Assembly: GCA_004431415.1 (NCBI GenBank) | Contig: QPMI01000534.1 | Span: forward strand, 235,099-299,098 | Reading direction: 5' to 3' | Source of the DNA: Cyanophora paradoxa CCMP329 | Taxonomy: Eukaryota; Plantae; Glaucophyta | Length of the DNA: 64,000 nucleotides | Shown: positions 37,830-50,431 of the stretch, piece by piece | Layout of the letters: each line of letters starts with the position of its first letter | How positions within the stretch are numbered: the first letter of the stretch is position 1 | Program-made: the position numbers and the translations under genes | Notes under the pieces: model-generated | What the model saw: only the letters and a program-made list of their open reading frames with translations | What the model was told of the DNA's origin: nothing | The model's database searches: none

Positions 37830-39983
37830 CTTCACGATCTAGACGACCCCGGGGTCCCGCGGGCGGCCGAGCCTTTGGCTCGCAGCGCCAGCCATGAGCC
37901 CGGCCCGGGCCGGCCGCACGCACGTTCAGAGCGAAGGCGAACATCTCCTCGGCGACGAGGGCGAGCGTCAGGCGCCGCCGCGCCGCCCGGAACGCGGACT
38001 TGACGCCCTCCTGCGCCCCCCGCGAGATCTGGTCCCCAAGGGTCAGGGCCAGGAGGAGGAGGAAGAGGGGGGCGCGGGGCGCGAGGCGGGGCGGCGTGCC
38101 TTGACGGTCCGCTCGAGGCGCACGACCTGGCGGGAGGAGGGCGGGGGTGAGCGAGGCGAGAAGGCGCAGCGCGGCCGAGCCGTCCCGCTGGCTCGCTCTG
38201 GCGCCCGCTCTAAGCCCGCTCTAACGAAGGCTTAGACTTGGAGGCCGAAGGCGTGGACGCCTGGGGCGGGCGGGGCGGGCCTGGAGGGCGGAGTCGGAGA
38301 GGCGGAGGGCGGCCTGCAGCGCCGTCGCCGCCTCGTCCGTCATGTCCGCCTGCTTCACCTGAGAAGGAGGGGGAGGTCAGGGCGGGGCAGAGAAGACGGC
38401 GGGGAGGAGGAAGCGAAGGGAGGCGGGGCGGGTCGGGGCGGGCCTGGAGGTTGCGGAGGAAGTGGGCGTGGCGGAAGACGGGCAGCAGGTAGTCGAAGCC
38501 CCGGTTCGAGTCCGTCCGCCGCCGCGCCCGCCCGCTGCGAAAGAGGAGGCGCGGCTTCAGAAGGCGAGCAAGGGTGGTGGGGAGGGAGGGGAAGGGGGGG
38601 GGGTACCTGGCGGCGGAGGGCTCCATGACGGTGAGGCCCCCGATCGAGAGCGTCTCCAGCTGCCTGCCGGGGGCGTGAGGGGGAAAGGAAGAGGAAGAGA
38701 AAAGGGTAAAAGGGTCTAGAGAGTGAGGGCCAAGGAGGAGGAGGGGGGGGAGGGGGGGGGGGGGTGAGGCGGGTGGGGGCGTGGAGGAGGAGGACTATGG
38801 CGCCGGACCGGGGTCGAAGGATGAGGGGTGGGGCGGGCCGCAGGGAGGGGGGGGGAGGGGGGGAGGGGGGGGAAGGGATGGGGCGGGGTACCTCCGCTCG
38901 AGGAGGTCCTCCAGCGACGCCACCGCCGGCGCCGGCACAGTGCACCCCTGGGAAGGGGGGAAGGAGTTGGGGGGGAGGGGGGAGGGGGTGGGGAGGGGAG
39001 GGGGGGCGGACGAGGAGGATGAGGGTCTGGATGGAGGGGTTCGCGAGGAAGGCCGCCAGCGAGGCCTGCGGGGGTACGTGGTTGAACGAAGGGGGCGGGG
39101 GGAGAAGGTGGGGGGGACGGACCTCCCCGACGTGACAACTGAAGAGCCTGGCGGGGCGGGGGGCGGTCGTCAGAGGAGGGGAAGGGGGGGGGGGGGCAGT
39201 CGGGGGGTACGCCGCACTCGAGGACGCGGAGGCGGGAGAGGTCGGTAACCCCCGCCGCCAGCGTCGCCCGCTCGAGCAAGAAGACGTGCTGGGGGGGAAT
39301 GGGAACGGGTCGGCGGGGAGGGGGAAGAAACGGACGGTGGTACCGACCTGGAGGGACAGGGCGCGGACGTGGTCGGCTGCGGCGCGAAGGCCAGCGGCGA
39401 TGTCTTTCTGCACGTCCTCCGGCGGCTCCATCGTCCGGCACTCGTCCTGAGGAGGAGGCGAGGCTCGGTCAAGCGGGGCGCGGCGGGGCGCGGCGGGGGG
39501 TGAGGAAAGCCGTGCCATGGCGATCAGGCGGATGTACTGCGGACCGACGGAACGCGTGAGGCGGGGCCGAACCGGGGCGCGGGCGGGCGGGCGCGGGGGC
39601 GGGGCGCGCGGCTTACCTGCGGGAGCGGCGGGTTGTTGGGCGGCGGGAGGAAGAAGTATCGAATCTGAAGCTTCGAGTTCGTGGCGAACGTGCACGGCGC
39701 TGCGGGCGGGCCTCAGCGCGGCCGCGCGGCGCCGCGCAGATGCGCTCCGGCGAGGGGGCGTGGCGGCGGGGAGAGGAGGCGACGGGGCCGACGCGGCCGG
39801 CGCAGGGGGAGGCCGAGGCCACTCACAGATGATCCCCCGGTTGACGTCGAGCGCGGGGAAGTCAAACCTGTCGGGCGGCGATCGGGGCCCGTCCGCGAGC
39901 AGAGCCGGCGACGAGGAGCGGTGAGCGCGACCGACGGTCACGCACCGCCACAACTCCTCGAGATCGCCCACCGGCGCCGCCAT
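37830..39983 (-). CDS. Multi-exon hypothetical protein, possibly RNI-like LRR
   Basis: ATG 39983 MAAPVGDLEELWRC; short exons between C-rich introns, e.g. LSRLRVLECG, NPSIQTLILL, QLETLSIGGL, HFLRNLQV. The 3' end is uncertain. Confidence 0.45.
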
Positions 39984-40265
39984 TCTCTCGCGCGGCCTCT
40001 CCTGCTGACTCGGTTGCCGTCGCTGCCCCGGACGCGCGGTCTCCGCCGTCCAGTGCGGTATTCGACTGCTCCGCGTCGAGTGGGCGCCCCGGCGGTCGTC
40101 GGATCGTCGGAAATCCGGCGCTGGTCGGACCCACCTATTGCAAGACCGGCGTTCGAATCCCGAAGACCCCAATCGGATGCTTATTTCGTTCTCGGCCGGG
40201 CGGTCGCGCGCGCCATAGCGTTCACGACTGCGGCACGGGATAGCGCTTCTGAATCTTTCGCCGCG

Positions 40266-43091
40266 ATGGCGAGCGGGGGCGGGGCGACCTCGCGGTACCA
40301 GCCGCCGCCGCCCCGCTTCATCCCCGGCAAGAAGACGGGGACGTGGATGCACCTGAACAAAGAGGCGAGCCACTCGGTCGTGCCGCCGCAGAAGGCGGAC
40401 CCCGAGGAACACGACGAGAGCCTGCCGCACGTTCTGCGCCACTACGGCAGGTACGGGACGATATGCCAGCACTTCGACGGGCACGGCATCGTCGAGGGCG
40501 TCTACAAGGCGATCCACAAGCAGGCGGCGTCCATCGGGCCCGCCGTGCGCCTCCCGCACACTATTATCTACCGGGGGAGCACGATGGCCAGCTGGTACTT
40601 CACGAGCGTGCAGGACGGTGCGTCGCCGGTGCCGCGAGGCCTTCTCTCGCGCCGCTAAGCCTTCGCCCCGCCCCGCCGCGCGGCGCGAAGGCCTCGTGAA
40701 GAAGAAGAGCCGGCGGCACCGCGTGCCGGAGCGGGTGCTGGAGGCCTTCATGAAGGCGGCGCAGCGGAACCGCGCCTCGGAGATCGTGGCGTCCTACTCC
40801 TACTTTCCCCCCGGCGGTGACGACGGTCCGCGCCGCGCGCCGCGCGCCGCCGCCGCGCCGCTTCGCGCGCCGCCGCCGGCGCGGCGGCCCCGCCCGCCCC
40901 GCCCCGCCCGTCCCGCCTCACTCGCACCCGCGCAGAGCCCTCCAAGATGGTCGTGGAGTACTTCGATGTGCGTCCGCTCTTTAGCTTTGAGCTCAGCTTC
41001 CCCCCAGTCCTCTTTAGCTTCTTAGCCCAGCGTGGCAGCTTCAGCTTTAGCTTAGCCTCTCGCCTTAGCTCAGCTTTCGCCGCAGGCGCGGGGCCTCGAG
41101 CAGTTCCTCTTCCACCGCAACACCGACAAGCACGGCGGCGTCCTGCAGGCCCGTGCCCCCCTCCAGGCTCCCCCGTGTACCCCTCTCCTCTCAGGCTCGA
41201 GCGCAGGCCTTCATAGAGCCTCCCGGCCCAGGAACGGTACGCCCCCCCCCCCCCCCCTCTCCTCCTCCTCTGACCGGGCCGCCCCCGCCCCCCCCCAGCG
41301 ACGATCCGGGCGCGGTGGACGCCGCACCTGCTGCAGCTGGAGTCCCGCGTCAACCTCAACAGCCTCGCCGACTCGGTGCGCGCCGCCCCCTGCCCGTTAA
41401 GCTTCTTCTCGGCCCTGGCCTTAGCCGGGGGCAGCGGGTGGGGCGGCAGGCGCGCGGGGCGACGTTCGACGGGCCCGAGAGCGCCTCCGAGCTCCGCGTC
41501 TTCCGCGGCGACGCCGGTGCGCCCCGCGGCCCCCCGCTAAGAGGCTGGGAGCGAGAGCGAGAGCGTCGAACGCCGCCTTGCCCCAGCACCGCCCCCGCCG
41601 CCCCTCTGAGAAGCCTCGCCCCGCCCCGCCCCTCTGAGCTCGAAGCCCCGCCGCACGCCGCCTCGCCCTAGTAGCGCCCCCGCCCGCCCCGCCTCTCTGA
41701 GAAGCCGCGCCCCGCCCGGCACGCAGCGCGGAACGCGATCACGCGGATCTGCGACGCCGTCGCGAGCGCCGTCGTCGCCACCCGCCCCAAGGCCATCGTC
41801 ACCAAGGTGGGAGGAGGAGAGGAGAGGAAGCCGGGGAGGGCGGCTCCGACCTGATCCGGGGCGGGGCGCAGATGACGCTGGACGTGAAGGTGGACGCCGC
41901 CGACCGCCTCTGGGTCCTCTCCGGCTCCGCCCTCCACATCGGCTACCTGGCCCGCCCCGCCCGCTGTTTAGAGGAGGGGGAGGAGCTAATCTTGTCGCGC
42001 AGGAGAAGCGTGTGCAGAGCGGGATGTACGTCGCCTGCGCGCAGTGCCTCCGCCTCACGGAGCGTCCCCGCTTCAAGGTGCCCTTTTCCGTCCCTCCTTC
42101 CTTCCTTCTGCTATTCTTAGCTTTTCTCTAGCCCGGGGCGTCGCTGCCGAGGACGATGACGATGTACGCGGTGGCGAGGCGGGGCCGCGAGGGCGGGGCG
42201 CCGCCGCCGGGCGGCTCGGGCGGCTCGGGCGGCTCCGGGGAGGAGAGCGGGGGGGCGGAGGAGGAGGGGGAGGAGAGCGCCCCCAGCGACGCGGACGAGG
42301 AGCCCGAGGCGGGGGCGGGGGCCGACGAGCCCCAGTCCCTCCCGCCCATCCTCCGGCCCTCCGCGACGCCCCCGACCCCTTCTTCGGCCGCCCCGCCGCC
42401 CCCGCTGGCGCAGCCGGCGCCGCCCTCGGGGGCCCCGCCGGGCCGCTCGCCCCGGCAGCGCGAACCCAAGAAGCAGCGGACGGGGGTAGAGGAGTCGGGC
42501 CAGGGGGAGTGGCCCCCGCCCCCCCGCGTCACGGCCGCCTCGGCGCTCCTGAGCCCGCGGCTGCCGCCCTTTGTCCCAGCGGGGCGCCGCCCGCGGCCCC
42601 TCGTGCACCGCGGCCGCCGCGAGGGCGCTGGCTTCGGCCTCGCCCCGTTCCCCTCCGGCTCCCAGACCGCCCGCAGCTACGCCCGGTACGAGCCCGAGGC
42701 GGCGGGGGACGAGGCCGAGGGGGGTACCGGCGCCCACGTGGAGGGGGGCGGGGCCCCCCCGCCCCGTTCCTTCGACCGCGCCCTCCGGAAGCTCGGGCTG
42801 AGCCAGGGCACGCTCTCGGACCCGGCGGCGCCCCCGGAGCCTGGGCGCCCCGCGCGGCGGCGCGTGCCCATGCGGACCGAGGTGGCCCCCGAGGAGCCGC
42901 ACACGCACACGGCCTGGGGCCCAGGAGGCGGAGGGGGAGGGGCCGACGAGAACCAGGCCCCCGGGGCGCCGGCCGGGGAGGGCAGGGGAGCGGGGCCGGC
43001 CACGGAGCGGAAGCTGGGCGCGCAGCAAATGTCGGACACGTCGGCCTTCCGCGACCTGGACCCGGGCCTCCTGCGGGGCCCGCAGCCGTAG
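40266..43091 (+). CDS. Conserved hypothetical protein, possibly ATP-grasp-like fold, with Pro-rich C-terminus
   Basis: Spliced VRLPHTIIY...WYFTSVQDG, VVEYFD, GVLQ|AFIEP, IRARWTPHLLQLESRVN, MTLDVKVDAADRLWVL; final long exon ends at TAG 43091. Confidence 0.6.
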
Positions 43092-43434
43092 CCCGCAGGA
43101 CGTCGACGCTCCCGCCCAGCTCGCTCCGTAGATTGACTTTTATGTATCTAGCTCGTTGATCATGACGATCGCCACTCCACTCTACGCATGTGCACATGGT
43201 TGCGCTTGAGCAGGGCTCGATGTGCACGTGCACGCGGGGCCCCAGGCCGAGCCGTAGCTGCAGCTGGCGCAGCGTGCCCACTCCAAAAACCCCTTCAGCC
43301 TTCTCTCCCTCTCCCCTTCCCCTTCCCCCCTCCCTCACGTCGTTCTCTTCGAAGCGCATTTGATCCTATCAATTCGAGCACATGGCCAGGGCCGGCCGCG
43401 GGCTCCTAACGTTAACACTAAGCGTACTCGTTTC

Positions 43435-44260
43435 TTAGAACTCGGGCGTCTTCTGCTTCTCGGGGACCTGCTCAGGGAGGATGGCGCCCTCGATGGGGCA
43501 CACCTCCAGGCAGATGCCTGCGCGCGCGCCGGGTTCGAAAGATTCGATCCGGATTTGATCGCGCGGGCGGCGCGGAGCGGCGCGGCGCACCGCAGTCGAT
43601 GCACGAGTCGAAGTCGATCCAGAACCACTCCTTGCCCTTCGCGTTCTGGCCCGGGCCCTCGTGGATGCAGTTCACTGCCGGCCCCGCGTGAGCCGCGCCG
43701 CCGCGGCGGTCGGACAGCGGGAGCGGGGGCGGGAGGCGCAGGCCGCACCGGGGCACGCCTCCATGCAAGTCGAGTCGCCTGCAGTGCGGGTGAGCATGCG
43801 GGCGCCACGCGGAGGCGGTAAGCGAGCGCAAGCGGCCGCACCCTCGCACACGTCGGTCACGATGGTGTCTGCGGGCCGGGCGCACGAGGCGAAAGTCAGG
43901 CCGCGGGAGCGCGGAGGGCTGGGCGTGGGATCGTTTCGCACAGGCCATCGAGGTCGGCGCTGGTGCCCAGGAGCGGGTCGGCTTGGCCGTGAACTGAATC
44001 TGCTTGCCAGCGAAGCTGGACCTGCGCGACAGGCGGTCGGCCGCTACGATACCGGGGCTCTCCAGCAAACTGGCGATCTAGCCACGGGGCTGCCGCGCAG
44101 GCGGCGGCCTAGCCAAGCGTGCGCGCGCGCGCTAAGATAATCCGCGTGCGCACCGAACGGCCGCGGGGGCGGCGGGGCGGGTGAGCTGTGGCCGGGCAAG
44201 CAACTCCCGGGGAGCTGCCCGCGTCGAGGGAGCGAGGAAGGAGACAGCGAACGCCGACAT
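43435..44260 (-). CDS. Plastid-targeted bacterial-type dicluster ferredoxin (cyanobacterial Fed8/Ssr3184-like), 6 exons
   Basis: Spliced product MSAFAVSFLAPSTRAAPRELLARPQLTRPAAPAAVRSSFAGKQIQFTAKPTRSWAPAPTSM-AYTIVTDVCEGDSTCMEACPVNCIHEGPGQNAKGKEWFWIDFDSCIDCGICLEVCPIEGAILPEQVPEKQKTPEF*; contains CxxCxxCxxxCP; all junctions GT-AG and in frame. Confidence 0.9.
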
Positions 44261-44340
44261 GTTTACAGTACCCAGTTCTGTTTTTTCCCCGAACGGCATC
44301 GAGCTCCTTCGCGCCCAGCGGCCCAAGGCGCGCAGTAGAC

Positions 44341-45955
44341 ATGGAGACCGTGATGCCGCAGAGCTTACAGGAGCTTGCGGCCGCGGTCCAGGCTCAGCCA
44401 GACGCACCGGACCCGCCCGCCCCAGACGCACCGGACCCGACGGCCGGCAGTTCCGAGCAAGGACTGGGCCCCGAGATCTTCAGCACGGCTAGGGCGCCGT
44501 CACCGATCCCCCCGTCGCCCGCCACGAACGCAAAGGTCGTCTACAGTGTTATGTCCCTGGCGCCCGAGCTCTGGGGCTTCCTCGCGAAGGGCTCGTCGCC
44601 GCGGTCGAAGGCTGCAAAGCCGGCGGAGGAGACCTTCGCCTCCATCGACTCCAGCAAGCGCCTCGCGGAGGCGCTGCGCCGCGCAAAGCTGCAGAAGTCG
44701 GCCGACATCCTCCGCGCCGACCGGAAGCGCAGTACCAGGTGCAACGCGCCCACGCGCGGTCCCGCATTGTAAGGCGATGCTCTCTGATGCCCGCGGCCGC
44801 GCAGCGCCATGAACGAGGGCGTGTCTCTCTCGGTCCGGCGGAGCGAGGCGGCGCGGGAGCGGGAGCGCGCTCGCCTGGAGCGCTCCTCGATCTCCTCGCC
44901 CCAATCCACCGCCCGCCGCAGCTCCCGCGCCCCGTCCGAGGCGCCCGCCCCTTCCCCCGCCCCGACACCCGCGCCCGCCCCGGCGCCCCCGCGCCCCTCC
45001 ACCGCCCCTTCAAAGAAGGCGACGCCCGCGCCCTCCGCTCCGACCCCGGCGCCGCAGCAGCAGCAGCCGCCGCCGCCGCCGCAGACGATGGCGGGGATGT
45101 ACCGCTCCCCGCCGATGGTGAGCCTCTCGCTGCGCGAGGCGGCGAGCCCGCCGGCCTCGCCCCCCGCCTCCGGCGCCCGCAGCCAGTCCCAGCGCTCGGC
45201 CGCCGCGGCCTCGCAGCGCTCCCAAGGCTCCTCCCGCCGCGCCCGGGCAGCCTGGCTCGAGAACCCGGTACCCCTCTTCGAGGCGGCGCGGCCCCTTAGC
45301 GCCGGCGCCGAGTTCCGGAGGCGCCGAGACCTGCTGGAGGTGGGCGCGCCCGCCCCGTCAGCCGCGTCCGCCCCGGCCCCGGCGCCCGTCCTCCTCGCCT
45401 CCGCCGACGGCGCGGTTGGCGCCCGGACCACCCGCCGCCGCGGCCGCAAGGCCAAGCGCCCCGCCGAGGCCGCCGCGCCCGCCTCCGACCGCCCGCGGGC
45501 GCACTCGGCCGGAGCGACGCCCAGGGCCCAGGCGCGCATGGTGCCCCCTCGGGCCGCGTCGGCTCCTTCTGGGCCGAGATCAAGGTACCCCCTCCCTCCC
45601 GTCCATACCCGGGCCCGGCTCATTATCTCCCCCTGCAGGCTCTTGTGAAGGAGGAGCGTGCGCGGCAGGCGGCGGCGGCGGCGGCGGCGGAGGCGCAGCG
45701 GGGCCCGAGCTCGGCCGTCTCGGGGCGGGGCCCGCAGGCTGGCCTCAGGCTCTCCTCGTCCCTGGCCGAGCCGAAGGTCCGGCGGGGGCCCATCCTCCCG
45801 CCCCCGCCGGCCCGCCCGCCGCCCCGCCCTCCGCCAAGCGCAAGGCCAAGAAGGCCGCCAAGGCCAGGAAGGCCGCGCCGGCCGCCGGGCCCTTGCTCCG
45901 CCCGAGCGCCTCGGCGCCCACCGTGCCCGTCGTCAAGCTCTCCCTCGCAGACCTG

Positions 45956-45989
<34 letters not shown>

Positions 45990-48945
45990 GCGGGCCGGCG
46001 CCCGTGCCGACGGCGACCCCGCCGGCGCGCCCCAAGCCGAGCGTCAAGCCGGCGGCGCCCTGGACGACTCCCCGCGAGCCGGCGCAGTCGCCCTCCCCGG
46101 GGCGCACCGCGCCCCTCTTCTCCGCCTCCGCCTCGACGCCCACGCTCCCGCCGGCGCCGGCGCCGCCGGCCGCCAGCCCGAGCGCGGGCGCGGGCGCCCT
46201 CTCTTCGGCACGCCGGCCCGCCCGCCGCCCGCCACGCCGGCATTCGCGGTCGACACGCCCTCGCTCCCCGCGCCGCCCCCGCCGGCGGCGGGGCGGGCCC
46301 TGGCCGCCGCCCTGACGCCCCTCCGGATCCCTTTGTCGGGGAGGAGGACCTCGTGACTAGCGAGGAGGACGACGAGGAGGACGGGGACGACTCGGAGCGG
46401 CCGGGGCCGCCGGCCCCGTCGCCCTCGGCGGGGCCCCGGCGCAGGGGCTCGCGCCGGCGCCCTCGGCCGCCCTCCGCGCCGCCGCCGCCTCGCTGAAGGA
46501 AGCCGCGGAGGAGCCGGAGGAGCCGGCCGCCGAGAACGAGGAGGAGGAGGAGGAGGAGGGGGGGGAGGCCAACGCTGCGGCCCGGGCCGGGGCCGGGGCG
46601 GGGTCCGAGGAGGAGGGGGAGGAAGGGGACGAGGTGGCGTCCATCCTCCGGGCCGTCCTCGGCCCCGCCGGCTCTGCCGTCCGCTTCGGCCCCGGCCCCG
46701 CCGCGAGGCAGGCGCCGGCGCCGGCCGACCGCGAGCGCGACTCCAGCCCCTGCCCGCCCCTGGTGAGCTAGCGTGCAGCGTGCCCCCGCCCCATCCCGCC
46801 CGTCCCGCCCCTGTGCAATCGTACCGACGCTGCACGTACCCCAGGAGTCCGTCGAGGAGCCCGAGCGCACGCCGGGGGCGATTGAGTTGGAGGGGGTACA
46901 GGGCGAGCCGCTCGAAGCCGCCCTGCGGCTGATGGCGGCGGCGCGCGCCGGCTCGCCGCAGCTGCTGCGGGCCTCCGCGGACATCCTGTACCCCCGGCCG
47001 CTCCCGTCCCTCCTGGGGCTGCTCCAGCTCGTGGATTACCTGGACGCGCCCCGCATCCTGCCGGCCGTGGCCAACGCGGTCGCCGCGCGCGTGGAGGGCC
47101 CCGCGGAGGCGGCGGCGGCGGCGCAGGCGCTGCCCGTGCACGTCCTGGCCGCCGTCTGCGAGGCGTGCCGGGCGCCCGAGTCGGGCCCCGACGCCCTCTT
47201 CCATCTCTGCCTCGCCAGCGCCCGCGAGGCAGCGGCGGCCGGCGACCCGCTCGCCGCCGTCACGGCCGCCTGCCCCGAGGCCCTCGAGCGCGCCTGGCAC
47301 CGGCACCTCGTGCGGAACGCCGCCGCCCGGCGCCAGGCGCGCGAGAAGGCCGAGGAGGGGGGGGACGACGCGCCCCTCTTTGCCCCCCTCGACGAGTGCG
47401 AGTACTGGCCCCAGGTGATCGAATCGGTCCCGCAAACGTACCCCCCTCCCGCCGCTAAAAATAGAGCAGGGCCTGGAGCGCCTGGACGAGGAGGCGTGGA
47501 TCGAATCTCTGGGGGAGGGCGCGGGGCTGCCGCCGCCGCCCGTACCCTCCTTCCTGGCGAACCTCGGCTCGCCCGTCGTACCCCCCGAGATCCCGGTCGT
47601 CATCTGCTCGCCCCCGCCGCAGAGCCCGCGCCCCTCGTCGTTCGAGCCGTCCATCGAGCCGCCCGACGTCCTCACCGCCCCGGGCGCCGCCCCCGCCTCG
47701 GGCTCGGGCTCGGGGCCGGGCTCGGGCTCCGCGACGCCCGGCGCGGCCCCAGTGCCGCTCTCCGCCTCGCCCCGCACCCCGCACCGGCCGGCCGCCCCGC
47801 GCCCTTTGCGATGATCCGATCCCTCTTCTCCTTCATCGCCGCGGGGCCCGATCCGGCCCCGTACCCCACCACCACCCCGAGGAGGGCGGGGCCCCGGGGG
47901 GCGGCCCCCGCTCGGGCCCCGGCGCCGGCCTGCCGGCCCCGCTCGCCGTCTTCGAGGCGCACGGCTGCGGCGCGCAGGCGGCCGACTTCCTCGCCGCCGC
48001 CCTCGCGCTGGGCCGCCTCGGGCCCGAGACCGAGCGCCTCGACCTGCGCGGCTGCGCCGCCCTGCCCGAGGCCGTGGTCCAGTCCGCCGTGCGCGCCTGC
48101 CCCGCCACACGCTACCTCGACCTCTCCGGCTGCACCAAGTGCGCCCCTCTCTGTCCTCGTCTGCCTCTGCCTCGCCTCTCCTGCCTTCTAATTATTTCCT
48201 CGACAGCGTCACGGACGCGACGCTGGCCGTGGTGGCGGCGACCCTCGACCGCCTCGAGACCCTCCAGGTCCCCTTTCTCTCTCTTACCTATCCGTGCACC
48301 CCTTCCATTTTTAACTCCGGCGGCGGCGCAGATCGCGGGGTGCCGGCAGGTGACCGACGCCGGCTTCGCCGGCTTCGCCGCGTCGCTCGCCCGCCGCCTC
48401 TCGGGCGCCTCGCTCTCCGCCGCCCTGCGGGCCGACCCCTCGGGCTCCACCCCGCTGCCCCCGGCCAAGCCCCCGCTCAAGTTCCTCAACCTCCAGGTCG
48501 GCTTCGATTCTTTCGGAGTCCGTACCCCGGGGCTCTCTTTTCTGAGGCGTACCCCCCTCCCCGCAGGGCTGCAGCGCGCTGGGCGACGGCACCCTCGCCG
48601 CCATCGGCGCCCACTTCGGCGAGCTCGAGGGTGCGGTACCCCCCCGAGTCTCCCCCCCCCTTCTCGCCTGACGCGGGGCAGACCTGTGCATCTACGGGTG
48701 CTACCGGACGACGGACAAGGGGGCGCTGGCCCTGGGGGGTACGTCCCTCCAGCGCCTGCGCCGCTTCAACCACTCGGGGGCGTACAAGCTCTCCCACGCC
48801 GCCATCCGCTTCATCCTCAACAGGTACGCCCGGGAGCCCTGTACCCCCCTTGGACCTTCTTCCCCCCTCACCTTTCGGGGGGTACAGCAACGAGCGCATC
48901 GTGCTGTACAACCGCCCGGAGCTCTTCCTCCTGCAGCCCATATGA
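44341..48945 (+). CDS. Low-complexity N-terminus + SKP1/BTB-like segment + cysteine-containing LRRs (may be two genes)
   Basis: ATG 44341; IELEGVQGEPLEAALRLM...LLQLVDYLDAPRILPAVANAVAARVEG (~46880-47100); LRRs RLDLRGCAAL, YLDLSGCT.VTD, IAGCRQVTD, LNLQGCSALGD, IYGCYRTTD; stop ~48945. Confidence 0.65.
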
Positions 48946-49206
48946 GGCGCCCCGAGCCGCACAGCGCTGGCTAGCTGATCGCTTTAGCTATAGATCTGGA
49001 ATTCGAATCGATGCATACGTCGAACGCAAAACGTGACCCCGCACCCACGTGCACTGGGAGGCCGAGAGCTCGAAACGAGGGTTTCTGCCATGTCCTCTGC
49101 CATATGCATGAAACTATTACTAGTGCCCTGCTCCTACCTAGGCCTACGCCTACCCCTGCAGTCTGCTAGTCAGTGTGGGCGTACGCTAAGCGATCGGCGA
49201 CCGCAG

Positions 49207-50325
49207 CTATTCGACCTTTTGATGGCCCCAGAACCCGTAGCTCGGCCCCGGCTCCGGCTGAAGCTCAGGCTCCGGCCCTGGCCCCGCCCCGCCGTCCTCG
49301 CCCGCCGCTGGGGCCCCCTCGAGGGCCCCCGCCCCCCGGTCGCCCTCGCCCGCAGGCGCCGGCGCCGGCGCCGGTTCCGCGAGGGCCTCCGGGGGCGCTG
49401 GAACAGGCGCCGGCCCCTGCCTCCTCCGCTCGAGGGCGCGGCCCAGGGCGGGTACCCCGAGGTAGACGGCCCAGCCCAGGACGACGACCCACGCCAGGGC
49501 CAGGATCGGGTCCTCCAGGCCTAGCGGCCCGGGGGGCCCCCTCTCGAAGGGCCCCCGCGGCGCCGCGACGGGTACTCCGTCCAGCGGATCGTGGCCCGAG
49601 ACGTTGCGAACGAAGTCCACGAGGGCGGGGAGCGTGCGGTCGCCCCAGAAGCGGCTTCGCTCGCCGGCGCGGACGGCCAGGATGGTGGGCAGGCCGTGCA
49701 CCGAGAAGCGGTTCGACGTCCTGCGCCGCGCGCGCGAGAGCGCTTCTCAGCGGCTTCGCTTGAGAGCGGCGCGTGCGCGGGCGGGGGCGGAGAACGGACG
49801 CTGGGGACTTGGAGGCGTGCACGGAGTAGAAGCGGATGTAGGGGAAGGACATCGCGAGGGCCTCGAAGACGGGCCACGTCTCGTAGCTGAAGTAGCACCG
49901 CTCGCTGTAGAACATGACGACCTGAGCGCGCGGCGCGGGTCGGTCAGCTGCGCATGCAGCCAGCGTCGGTGTGACCGGCAGGCGCGGCGCGGGCGCACCA
50001 GAGTGTCGCTGCGATTCGCCGAATCCATCGCTTTCACGAACTCCACGCCGGGCACGTCAGCTACGCGCCCGACGTGCACGGAAGGCAGCCCAGTCAGCGG
50101 ATCCAGCGCTCCCAGGTCTGCGCACGCGCGTGAGCAGCGTACAAGAGTTGCGCGCGGGGGAGGCAGCTGGCCTGCAGTCGGGCCCGCGCTCGGCGACGCG
50201 CTCGGCAAAGGCGATGCGTTCTCCGTGGCGTCGGAGCCCTCGCTTCCCGCGACCAGAGTCGCGCATAGGATGAGAATCAGTGCCGCCAGCGGGGCCAGGC
50301 GCCAGGGAGGGCCCCGCGAAGGCAT
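49207..50325 (-). CDS. Membrane-anchored thioredoxin-domain protein (TXNDC15 / plant APR-like type)
   Basis: Signal peptide LAPLAALILILCATLVAG; VMFYSERCYFS (CxxS) ...PVFEALAMSFPYIRF; HGLPTIL...RFWGDRTLPALVDFV; TM PILALAWVVVLGWAVYLGV. Confidence 0.8.
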
Positions 50326-50431
50326 CACCCGAATTGCGCGGTATCCCCCCAAGGGAGAAGTCACTCAGAAGTCACTCAGAAGTGGGTCAGCAGTGCTCGG
50401 AAGCTGCTCGAAAGCAACGCAGATCGAAGCG

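Noticed and set aside
38355-40751. 798-aa minus ORF and other long Arg/Pro/Gly-rich ORFs (e.g. 46044-48110)
   Set aside because: Stop-poor GC-rich read-through of introns and antisense strands; not coherent proteins.
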